From the IMG/VR virus record IMGVR_UViG_3300020724_000005: DNA of 64,000 nt; one strand, written 5' to 3'. Positions 45,411 through 51,686 of the stretch are shown here, piece by piece; the first letter of the stretch is position 1, and the number at the start of each line of letters is the position of its first letter. The notes beneath the pieces were generated by a model. The model was not told where the DNA came from and searched no databases. It saw nothing but the letters and a program-made list of their open reading frames with translations. The position numbers and the translations under genes are program-made. Source of the DNA: a virus.

Positions 45411-45486
45411 TGGCGGGTATAGTAGGGATCGAACCTACGACCAACAGATTAACAGCCTGCTGCGCTACCAACTGCGCTATATACCC
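45411..45486 (-). tRNA. tRNA-Asn (GTT)
   Basis: loop CTGTTAA; CCA encoded. Confidence 0.9.
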
Positions 45487-45495
45487 AAATTTATG

Positions 45496-45568
45496 TGGAA
45501 CTATCAAGACTCGAACTTGAATTACCTACGTATCAGGCAGGCGTGCTAAACCATTCTACTATAGTTCC
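45496..45568 (-). tRNA. tRNA-Ile (GAT)
   Basis: loop CTGATAC, perfect T-arm; weak D-stem. Confidence 0.8.
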
Positions 45569-45573
45569 ATGTG

Positions 45574-45658
45574 CGGAAGATGGAGGTAACGATCCCCCTT
45601 GGGTTTTATCCCAGCCATAGCTTAGCAAGCCAGCCGATTACCTTTCTCGCAATCTTCC
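45574..45658 (-). tRNA. tRNA-Ser (GCT)
   Basis: class II, loop TTGCTAA, T-loop ATCGTTA. Confidence 0.8.
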
Positions 45659-45663
45659 TTTTG

Positions 45664-45735
45664 GGGTCTAGCCCGGTATCGAACCGAGTTATCATGCTCC
45701 ACAAACATGCGCTTCACCTTAAAGCTTCAAGACCC
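45664..45735 (-). tRNA. tRNA-His (GTG)
   Basis: loop TTGTGGA; extra 5' G(-1) opposite C73. Confidence 0.85.
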
Positions 45736-45738
45736 ATA

Positions 45739-45828
45739 TGGCGGAAGAGGCAGGACTCGAACCTACACACCGAGCAAACGATACCGGTTTTCAAGACCGG
45801 GGCGATACCAATTACGCTTTACCCTTCC
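45739..45828 (-). tRNA. tRNA-Ser (TGA)
   Basis: class II, stem CCGGT/ACCGG, loop CTTGAAA; CCA encoded. Confidence 0.85.
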
Positions 45829-45830
45829 AA

Positions 45831-45908
45831 AATAACCACTACCTATCGGACGTCATCTTTAACCTTTTGGGATCCTAACCTCTCGGTCTCTAAAGGCTTG
45901 TGGTTATT
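45831..45908 (-). other. unassigned 78-nt element filling a tRNA-sized slot
   Basis: 9-bp terminal inverted repeat AATAACCAC/GTGGTTATT; no cloverleaf found on either strand. Confidence 0.2.
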
Positions 45909-45909
45909 G

Positions 45910-45981
45910 TAGTCGCTGATGGGATCGAACCACCATCTTCGGGACCAAAACCCGACGTGTTAGCCTTTATACTAAGCGACT
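45910..45981 (-). tRNA. tRNA-Gln (TTG)
   Basis: loop TTTTGGT, perfect acceptor AGTCGCT/AGCGACT. Confidence 0.85.
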
Positions 45982-45987
45982 ATGAGG

Positions 45988-46058
45988 AGCAGATACCCGG
46001 AATCGAACCGAGGCCTCCTACTTGGAAGGAAGGAGTACTACCACTATACGATATCTGC
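45988..46058 (-). tRNA. tRNA-Gly (TCC)
   Basis: loop CTTCCAA. Confidence 0.85.
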
Positions 46059-46064
46059 TTAAAG

Positions 46065-46136
46065 TAGTCCCTGTGAATTACGATATCACAACCTCTTGGA
46101 TGTAAGCCAAGTGCTCTCCCGTTGAGCTAAGGGACT
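46065..46136 (-). tRNA. tRNA-Val (TAC)
   Basis: loop CTTACAT, T-loop ATCGTAA. Confidence 0.85.
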
Positions 46137-46243
46137 AAGTATATTATTATTCGACTTTACTCACTTATAAACCTAAAACATTTGCAACTGAATTAGGTAT
46201 TTGTCAATTTATTCTGTTCTTAGCTGTGAGACTAATAATATTG

Positions 46244-46316
46244 TGGACCGTTCCAGATTCGAACCGGAGACTCCTGCGTGCAAGGCAAGTGTGTTAGCCA
46301 ACTATACCAACAGCCC
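46244..46316 (-). tRNA. tRNA-Ala (TGC)
   Basis: loop CTTGCAC; G3-U70 present. Confidence 0.9.
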
Positions 46317-46322
46317 ATTGTG

Positions 46323-46395
46323 TCTAGATGAAAGGTGACGATCCTTCCTAGTCTTGCTCCCAAAGCAAGTGCCTCACCAACTCGGCCACATCTAG
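46323..46395 (-). tRNA. tRNA-Pro (TGG)
   Basis: loop TTTGGGA; C1-G72; T-loop ATCGTCA. Confidence 0.85.
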
Positions 46396-46429
46396 ATATT
46401 TACTTTCCAATATGTCAAAGATCACACTG

Positions 46430-46501
46430 AGGTCGATATAGGACTCAAACCCATGTGGCAGGTTTTGCAGACCTGCGCCTAAATCACTCGGCCAATCGAC
46501 C
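46430..46501 (-). tRNA. tRNA-Cys (GCA)
   Basis: loop CTGCAAA; discriminator U73. Confidence 0.9.
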
Positions 46502-46507
46502 TTACTG

Positions 46508-46580
46508 TACCCTCAAAGAGATTCGAACTCCTATCTCCTGGTCCGTAGCCAGACGTTCTGATCCTTTGAACTACAAGGGC
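46508..46580 (-). tRNA. tRNA-Arg (ACG)
   Basis: loop CTACGGA. Confidence 0.85.
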
Positions 46581-46586
46581 ATTCTG

Positions 46587-46659
46587 CGCGCACGTAGGGA
46601 CTCGAACCCTCATCTTTGGTTTTGGAGACCAATACTCTAGCCAATTGAGCTACGCACGC
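46587..46659 (-). tRNA. tRNA-Trp (CCA)
   Basis: loop CTCCAAA. Confidence 0.85.
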
Positions 46660-46667
46660 ATTTTATA

Positions 46668-47051
46668 TTATAGATCCTTTATGAACTCACTCACAAGCCT
46701 TTTGTTCTCTGACTCGTCTCCGTCGTATCCTCCTGTGCTGAATACTGACCCTTCACGATCTCTGTATTTGAGAGAAGATACTGATGAGGACTCTAACTGC
46801 AACTGACCTTCGAATCCGTAGCAAGAACAGTGTGATCCGTGTATTTCAAATAGCCCCCCTGACGTCTTGTCTCTCAGAAGGAAGAACGATCTCGAATCGC
46901 ATCCCCAAGAACCTATAGACTCATAAGCTATGAGGACTTCTTTATTTTCAAGATCCGATCCGTCACCTTCTCCGTATTCCTGTGTGAGACGCTCTATGAT
47001 CTCGAATTCTGTCTTGCCTTGAAGATCTCCTAAAGTTAGTACGCTTGTCAT
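46668..47051 (-). CDS. hypothetical protein
   Basis: 127 aa; GSWGCDSRSFFLL...HGSHCSCYGFEGQ. Confidence 0.6.
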   Translation of the reverse strand: MTSVLTLGDLQGKTEFEIIERLTQEYGEGDGSDLENKEVLIAYESIGSWGCDSRSFFLLRDKTSGGLFEIHGSHCSCYGFEGQLQLESSSVSSLKYRDREGSVFSTGGYDGDESENKRLVSEFIKDL

Positions 47052-47052
47052 A

Positions 47053-47298
47053 TTATCTGTATTTTCTTATGAGTTTAAAAAGCTCTCGTATGTCTGTGAA
47101 TTTCAATGTTTGTCCTGGCTTTATAGGAATGAACGCTATCGTAAATCCGTGGTTGCCGCAAAAGTAGTCTTCCTTCTTTATCCTGTTACCGTTCACGCTA
47201 TCAACATATATCCAAGGAAAATTGCCTGCGAGTTTTACTTCTATCCCGAGTCGTTTCATCCTGTCTATGAATACCGTCAATATGTCTCTCTGCTTCAT
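47053..47298 (-). CDS. hypothetical protein
   Basis: 81-aa ORF. Confidence 0.55.
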   Translation of the reverse strand: MKQRDILTVFIDRMKRLGIEVKLAGNFPWIYVDSVNGNRIKKEDYFCGNHGFTIAFIPIKPGQTLKFTDIRELFKLIRKYR

Positions 47299-47383
47299 TT
47301 CCTATTGCTGTTTGGTATGTTATAAAAGTAAACAAAATAATCGACATTTTAAAGCTTTTTGACGTACATTTGTTTTTTTACTG
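47299..47383 (-). promoter_or_regulatory. intergenic cassette C1
   Basis: sense box TACTTTTATAAC; opposite strand TCGACA(47341)-N18-TACATTTG(47365-47372). Confidence 0.5.
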
Positions 47384-47457
47384 TGCGCCCGGTAGGGTTC
47401 GAACCTACGACCCCCTGGTTAAAAGCCAGGTGCATCTACCAACTGAGCTACGAGCGC
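47384..47457 (-). tRNA. tRNA-Lys (TTT)
   Basis: stem CCTGG/CCAGG, loop CTTTTAA; imperfect D-stem. Confidence 0.85.
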
Positions 47458-47527
47458 ATTCTTTGAAGTTTGCCACCCGTGTTTCAGAGCAGCGCTATCG
47501 TTTTCGTTTCATTTTCGTGTTTTTGTG

Positions 47528-47599
47528 TGGTAATGAGGAATTCCGAGATCCTGCCTACGGTGCTTCAAACCGCCGCTCTGCCATCTGAGCTACATTACC
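47528..47599 (-). tRNA. tRNA-Phe (GAA)
   Basis: loop TTGAAGC; unusual T-loop CTCGGAA. Confidence 0.8.
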
Positions 47600-47604
47600 G
47601 TAAA

Positions 47605-47645
47605 TTAAAAAAGCCCTGAGAGTTTGTAGTTCCCAGGGCTTTTGA
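47605..47645 (-). terminator. intrinsic terminator
   Basis: AGCCCTG..CAGGGCT stem; minus strand followed by TTTTTT. Confidence 0.6.
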
Positions 47646-47663
47646 AGTATGATGTTTTATGTT

Positions 47664-47807
47664 TTATCTGCTGTCAGCATCATGTTGCCCTGGTTTGGAT
47701 CTAGGTTTGTCCTGCACGTTATTGATCGTACTAAAACAATAGCCTATCGAAGTCGCTTGTGTGCGGCCCGCTTGCCAAAGGTTTGTATGTATGTTACTGA
47801 GTTGCAT
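47664..47807 (-). CDS. hypothetical 47-aa protein
   Basis: MQLSNIHTNLWQAGRTQATSIGYCF...; below ORF-track cutoff. Confidence 0.3.
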   Translation of the reverse strand: MQLSNIHTNLWQAGRTQATSIGYCFSTINNVQDKPRSKPGQHDADSR

Positions 47808-47825
47808 TTTTATATAAAATCTGGA

Positions 47826-48035
47826 TTAGTTAGTTGTAGCTGCTGGAGCAAGGCTTGTTGCAAGTGCCTCAAGTGAAGTCGTTGCTGCTGTGATCGATTG
47901 AACCAAAGTATCTGCCTCTGCTGATGTAATTGCACCTGCTTGAGCTGTTTGGAATGTTTTGATTGCACTTTCAACTGTTTCTGCTGCTGTAGTAAGCGCT
48001 GCTGTTGCGTTCTGAAGATCTGTAAATGTTGCCAT
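47826..48035 (-). CDS. Ala/Thr-rich hypothetical protein
   Basis: start set to MATFTDLQNATAAL; low-complexity helical. Confidence 0.5.
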   Translation of the reverse strand: MATFTDLQNATAALTTAAETVESAIKTFQTAQAGAITSAEADTLVQSITAATTSLEALATSLAPAATTN

Positions 48036-48084
48036 AATTTTTTTTCTTTTTAGGAATTTTTTTAAAAAATACATGATGTATATC

Positions 48085-48092
48085 TATAAATA
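48085..48092 (-). promoter_or_regulatory. TATTTATA upstream box (class II)
   Basis: upstream of 47826 gene (10 nt from ATG 48074, 49 nt from ATG 48035). Confidence 0.3.
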
Positions 48093-48133
48093 TCTTATTA
48101 TTAATGTAAATCGAATTCTTGGGATAAAAAAGT

Positions 48134-48349
48134 TTATTTTTTGAGTGGGTATATCACCTCTGCGATCTTGCTCTCTGAACTTGATTTGACCTCGAAGTCC
48201 CCGATCTTGAGAGACTCAAAGTGTTCATACACCCTAGCTTCACTCTCCGTTACCGATTCGGCATCGACCAGGTATTTCACCGTCTCTTTCTTTGGCTTGT
48301 CTTTGTTAGGATCTATGGTCCTAAATTCTACTTTTACTTCAAAAAACAT
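48134..48349 (-). CDS. DUF4494-like small protein
   Basis: MFFEVKVEF...VKYLVDAESVTESEARVYE...GDFEVKS pattern recalled from Bacteroidota DUF4494. Confidence 0.45.
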   Translation of the reverse strand: MFFEVKVEFRTIDPNKDKPKKETVKYLVDAESVTESEARVYEHFESLKIGDFEVKSSSESKIAEVIYPLKK

Positions 48350-48407
48350 ATGCTTTTGGTTTTGATTATACTATGAATGTACGTCTTTTTGCCGATCTTG
48401 AGAACTT

Positions 48408-48899
48408 TTAGTCCTGAGTGACCGTATATTTTTTTCCTAGCTTTGTTATGGCCTCTACTGCCTCGTGCAGCTCGATCCTGAAGAACTCCCTGTTGTTGGC
48501 CACCCTGTACGAGTCCAAGTACTGGTGGATCTCTTCTTCTAAGAACTGGGCCTCATGACATTTGAAGCTGTACTCGACTTTGAAAGGAGACGCTACACCT
48601 GTCGCGTTCGATATCTGGTAGGCTCTCTCCTCAGGCGTGTTCTTCGTGTACCCTATCTTCAAGAGCCCTGGCATAGTTGGGTTTGAGAGCACGTATATCC
48701 AATACCTGCCTTCTCGACCTGGACCTTGGAACGCCTTCTTCCTGGCTGTGTAGTACTTGACCTCGTCCCACTGCCTGCCGTCTTCTCCTACTGGAAGAGG
48801 GGTCAAAGTATAATACTCCACAGGGTAGCCAAGCAAGTCATCCTCCTTTGAGATGTAGGAATCTGCCTCTTCTGTTGTTATACGTTGTATCTTTATCAT
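48408..48899 (-). CDS. T5orf172/MUG113 (GIY-YIG superfamily) domain protein
   Basis: YWIYVLSNPTMPGLLKIGYTKNTPEERAYQIS...PFKVEYSF...EEEIHQYL...REFF. Confidence 0.65.
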   Translation of the reverse strand: MIKIQRITTEEADSYISKEDDLLGYPVEYYTLTPLPVGEDGRQWDEVKYYTARKKAFQGPGREGRYWIYVLSNPTMPGLLKIGYTKNTPEERAYQISNATGVASPFKVEYSFKCHEAQFLEEEIHQYLDSYRVANNREFFRIELHEAVEAITKLGKKYTVTQD

Positions 48900-49060
48900 A
48901 TGATTTTTACGATTTGAAATCTAAGTTCATTGAATAAAATGTAATGAAAATCCTCTCTAAACATCTCATCAACTTCACTTTCGATATTAAGATCTAGCTC
49001 TACGGTTATCGATCTTCCTATGGCTTTAATTGCCAAATTAGTCATCCCTATCGTTTTCAT
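48896..49060 (-). CDS. hypothetical protein
   Basis: start set to MKTIGMTNLA adjacent to upstream stop. Confidence 0.45.
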   Translation of the reverse strand: MKTIGMTNLAIKAIGRSITVELDLNIESEVDEMFREDFHYILFNELRFQIVKII

Positions 49061-49269
49061 TTCCCATCGTCGATTATGAGGTATATACAAAGCATTATCA
49101 GAGGTATTCCCCACCAAGACAAGCAAACCATTACCAGGCACTCTATCAGCAGGCCGAACTTGAAAGCGCGGAGGGCAGTCGTACCGAAGTCAGAACCCAA
49201 GAACGCACACATCAGAGGAAACCAAAAGAGCAAAAGCAGCACAATCAAAATTCTCAGTAACTGTCTCAT
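49057..49269 (-). CDS. hypothetical multi-TM protein
   Basis: 70 aa, two or three hydrophobic helices. Confidence 0.5.
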   Translation of the reverse strand: MRQLLRILIVLLLLFWFPLMCAFLGSDFGTTALRAFKFGLLIECLVMVCLSWWGIPLIMLCIYLIIDDGK

Positions 49270-49270
49270 A

Positions 49271-49483
49271 CTAGCTCTCTAGTGTTACGAATGAACCAAA
49301 ATGCCTATCGAACACCGAGACAAGATTCTCATAGTCTCCACTTTTCATCTCTTCGATTATCGGTTTAGGATCCACGTCCAGCTGTTTGGCGAAATCAGTA
49401 GCGTACGCCATCAGAACATATGCGTTGCCATCAGGACCAGTAAGGTCAATGATCCTCTCCTTTTGTGTCTTTTTACGTATCAT
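49271..49483 (-). CDS. hypothetical 70-aa protein
   Basis: MIRKKTQKERIIDLTGPDGNAYVLMAYATDF...; ATG 11 nt after stop of xSQL gene. Confidence 0.5.
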   Translation of the reverse strand: MIRKKTQKERIIDLTGPDGNAYVLMAYATDFAKQLDVDPKPIIEEMKSGDYENLVSVFDRHFGSFVTLES

Positions 49484-49494
49484 ATTTTTTAATT

Positions 49495-49740
49495 TTAGAG
49501 CTGTGACCTGAGCTGTGACCTGAGCTGTGACCTGAGCTGTGACCTGATGAGCTGTGAACCGAGCTGTGACCTGAGCTGTGAACCGAGCTGTGAACCGAGC
49601 TGTGACCAGAGCTGTGAATAGAGCTGTAACCTGAGCTGTGACCAGAGCTGTGAACCGAGCTGTGAATAGAGCTGTGAATAGAGCTGTGAATTGAGCTGTG
49701 AATAGAGCTGTGAATTGAGCTGTGAATCGATCTGCTTCAT
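49495..49740 (-). CDS. xSQL tetrapeptide-repeat microprotein, copy 1
   Basis: MKQID then ~19 units xSQL (x = N,Y,G,W,R); ATG 3 nt after TACATTTA box; stop right after array. Confidence 0.5.
   Translation of the reverse strand: MKQIDSQLNSQLYSQLNSQLYSQLYSQLGSQLWSQLRLQLYSQLWSQLGSQLGSQLRSQLGSQLIRSQLRSQLRSQLRSQL
49498..49728 (-). repeat. 12-nt tandem array GAGCTGTGA+NNN
   Basis: about 19 head-to-tail units; 9 nt constant, last 3 nt variable; open in all frames. Confidence 0.95.
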
Positions 49741-49803
49741 ATCTAAATGTACGTCTTTTTTGTGAAAATTTTAAGCCATTCTCTAAAGTCCGGCCCAAAC
49801 AGC

Positions 49804-49977
49804 CTATATAAGTCTCATATCCGGATGTGTATAAGTAATCTCATACAGAGAGTCGATGATCCCATAGAAACCAAACTTCTCTAGCTCGTCGTCTAAAAAA
49901 GTATCGTGCGTGGGAGGGAATACGTGTGATATTGACTTATCGCCAAAGAGTTTCTGTATGCTCGTGTATGTTTTCAT
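49804..49977 (-). CDS. hypothetical 57-aa protein
   Basis: MKTYTSIQKLFGDKSISHVFPPTHDTFLDDELEKFGFYGIIDSLYEITYTHPDMRLI. Confidence 0.4.
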   Translation of the reverse strand: MKTYTSIQKLFGDKSISHVFPPTHDTFLDDELEKFGFYGIIDSLYEITYTHPDMRLI

Positions 49978-49978
49978 G

Positions 49979-50185
49979 TTACATCCATTTTGGTGGTTTT
50001 GGAAACTCGGTGCTATCGTCCAGCATCACTGCGATCAAGACGCCTAGCCAAGATAGTAAAAAGCTCCCTATGCATACCGCTACCCTGCCCCAATCAGGAG
50101 AATCTCCGAATTTTCTTATCCACGTTCTTCTCATCCTGCGGTAGGCCAGCACAGAGCCGGTCAATAAAATCATCAATGTTATCAT
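49979..50185 (-). CDS. hypothetical two-TM protein
   Basis: 68-aa ORF. Confidence 0.5.
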   Translation of the reverse strand: MITLMILLTGSVLAYRRMRRTWIRKFGDSPDWGRVAVCIGSFLLSWLGVLIAVMLDDSTEFPKPPKWM

Positions 50186-50190
50186 ATGTT

Positions 50191-50331
50191 TTAAATTAAT
50201 TGTGAAGTGATCATTTGGGACATATCGTAGTAAGGATCTAGGGCTATTATAATTGGAGATCTTCCTTCGAATATTAAAGACGCTTTGGGAAAAAGATCAG
50301 ATAAGTCCCAAAATAAGTCTGTCTTTTTCAT
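50191..50331 (-). CDS. hypothetical 46-aa protein
   Basis: track start 50376 is TTG; ATG 50331 overlaps upstream stop as ATGA. Confidence 0.4.
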   Translation of the reverse strand: MKKTDLFWDLSDLFPKASLIFEGRSPIIIALDPYYDMSQMITSQLI

Positions 50332-50507
50332 TTTCTTGAGTCTATGTTTAATGCGTTGACTATCTCCCAAAGGCAATCCCCAGTCGAGTTGAAGATGTTA
50401 TCCTCGGTATACCACGCTGCCTCTACTTCGTCTTGCCCATACATGTCTTCGAACGCCGCGTTGATCCTTGGCGGAACTGGGTCTATGAAATATTTTGTCT
50501 GTTTCAT
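50328..50507 (-). CDS. hypothetical 59-aa protein
   Basis: MKQTKYFIDPVPPRINAAFEDMYGQDEVEAAWYTEDNIFNSTGDCLWEIVNALNIDSRK; more protein-like than overlapping track ORF 50398..50625. Confidence 0.45.
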   Translation of the reverse strand: MKQTKYFIDPVPPRINAAFEDMYGQDEVEAAWYTEDNIFNSTGDCLWEIVNALNIDSRK

Positions 50508-50655
50508 ATATACATTTTTCTGGGATACTCAAATTTTCCTGGGGTTTGGAGTCGGCTTTTTTGCTTTTTTGCCCAAAACCCGGCGGCCGGATCTGCCCTT
50601 CGAGTAAGTATGCCCTGTTGTTCATATCTAAATGTACCTCTTTTTTTGGTCATCA

Positions 50656-50847
50656 TCACTCTTCTTCTTCAAAGTAGGGCTTTACCCACGGCGTCTCTCT
50701 AAGCATCCTTACATACTCATGTTGATCTTCTCTTGGAACACAGCCAAGCAGCGCTCTGGTCTGCTCATTGTCGTGCAATATAAACCCTCCGGTCATAAGG
50801 ATCTGGCCGTCTTTTTCTATAACTGCGAAGCTATTCTTCTTATTCAT
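50656..50847 (-). CDS. hypothetical protein
   Basis: 63-aa ORF. Confidence 0.5.
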   Translation of the reverse strand: MNKKNSFAVIEKDGQILMTGGFILHDNEQTRALLGCVPREDQHEYVRMLRETPWVKPYFEEEE

Positions 50848-50973
50848 CCTGTTAGCGAGCAGCGATGCCTCTTCGTATCCATTAGAAGAGGGGGGTGACG
50901 TGTAGTACTTTCATATGTTGTATATATTTTTTTGTCAGACGTTGAAAAATTCCCGTGTGCGTAAGTTTACCTT

Positions 50974-51112
50974 AGGCGGGGCCCCCCCTGCTAGCAGGCC
51001 CCTAGCACCATAAATGTGAGCCTTTGGCAGAATGCCAGCATCATGCTAGTGCGCCGCCTCCAAGCTGCCAGCTCAGAAGATCTCCGATACAAAAAAGGTA
51101 CCGGCCCCGCCT
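50974..51112 (-). ncRNA. GC-rich structured element (candidate ncRNA; strand uncertain)
   Basis: AGGCGGGGCC (50974) pairs with GGCCCCGCCT (51103); competing partner GCGCCGCCTCC (51051); internal palindromes CCTGCTAGCAGG, GGCAGAATGCC; no ORF. Confidence 0.35.
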
Positions 51113-51117
51113 CCTAG

Positions 51118-51381
51118 CTAGACCATCGCGCCCGTGTAGTACAGGTGCTCTTTTTCTATCATGTGTGTCGTCACGTGGCACTCCAGCTCTCTGAGCACTT
51201 GAGAGCTCAAGATCTCCTCTAGGGTGTCTACCAACACGTAGTCATCGAACCGCTGGCCTCCGTGCTCTTTCTTTATGCCTATCGAGTAGGTGATCTTGTC
51301 TTCTGTGGCTATCGCCGCCTGGTAGCTTACGTTCTTGCTCAGCCAATAGAGAACTGAGTCTCTGTCCATTATGCGTGTCAT
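51118..51381 (-). CDS. hypothetical protein
   Basis: start set to MTRIMDRDSVLYW (ATG 51381) just after cassette C2. Confidence 0.5.
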   Translation of the reverse strand: MTRIMDRDSVLYWLSKNVSYQAAIATEDKITYSIGIKKEHGGQRFDDYVLVDTLEEILSSQVLRELECHVTTHMIEKEHLYYTGAMV

Positions 51382-51458
51382 GCTGTTGTTGTTTGGTATG
51401 ATGTAAAAGTACGCAATACTTTTTACATTTTTCATTTTTTGGTCGTATATTTGTTTTT
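51382..51458 (-). promoter_or_regulatory. intergenic cassette C2
   Basis: sense box TACTTTTACATCATACC; opposite strand TTTACA(51422)-N18-TATATTTG(51446-51453). Confidence 0.5.
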
Positions 51459-51602
51459 TTAACGCATCACCTCTGACTCTATCCTCTTGGCGATCTCGTC
51501 TAGGTCGTCTGCTGAGACCTCTAGCCAGTATGTGCCAGTGGCGTACTCGTTGAATATCTTCTTTATCTGGTCCTGTATGGACTCGCTGTTCTGTGCGTTC
51601 AT
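51459..51602 (-). CDS. hypothetical 47-aa protein (paralog of 53782..53940)
   Basis: MNAQNSESIQDQIKKIFNEYATGTYWLEVSADDLDEIAKRIESEVMR. Confidence 0.5.
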   Translation of the reverse strand: MNAQNSESIQDQIKKIFNEYATGTYWLEVSADDLDEIAKRIESEVMR

Positions 51603-51686
51603 GCTGATCTGTGTTTGTGAGAGCCCAGGCCATCATCTGACTAATTCCTTGCCGCGCTCTTGGCCAGGTAGCCTGGGCTCCCATGT

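Noticed and set aside
47458-47527. Possible extra tRNA between tRNA-Lys and tRNA-Phe
   Set aside because: No acceptor and T-arm combination could be formed in this 70-nt spacer.
44958-47588. Track ORFs 44958..45221, 45227..45520, 45571..45912, 46455..46640 and 47370..47588, and the N-terminal extensions of 41073..41354, 43501..44040 and 44623..44913
   Set aside because: They are translations through tRNA genes or spacers on either strand.
49498-49728. Possible CRISPR array (regular short repeats); the same question applies to 51711-51914, 54610-54739, 55284-55500 and 63867-64000
   Set aside because: The units are contiguous (6, 12 or 18 nt) with no spacers, and no cas genes are present. They are codon-periodic tandem repeats, not CRISPR.
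49271-49798. 175-aa track ORF reading the 12-nt array as (FTAx)n
   Set aside because: It starts at TTG. It fuses an implausible N-terminus to the clearly separate MIRKK... gene, which has its own ATG at 49483. The SQL frame has an ATG behind a promoter box and its own stop.
50398-50625. 75-aa track ORF MNNRAYLLEG...
   Set aside because: Its C-half is Arg/Gly/Ser-rich and overlaps, out of frame, a more protein-like 59-aa ORF (50328..50507) that is ATGA-coupled to the next gene. It does share the TACATTTAGAT-ATG context of xSQL copy 1, so a short leaderless product cannot be fully excluded.
51118-51684. 188-aa track ORF
   Set aside because: Its N-terminal ~100 aa are Arg/Gln/His-rich read-through across cassette C2 and across a better 47-aa gene in another frame. 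Only the part from ATG 51381 is kept.
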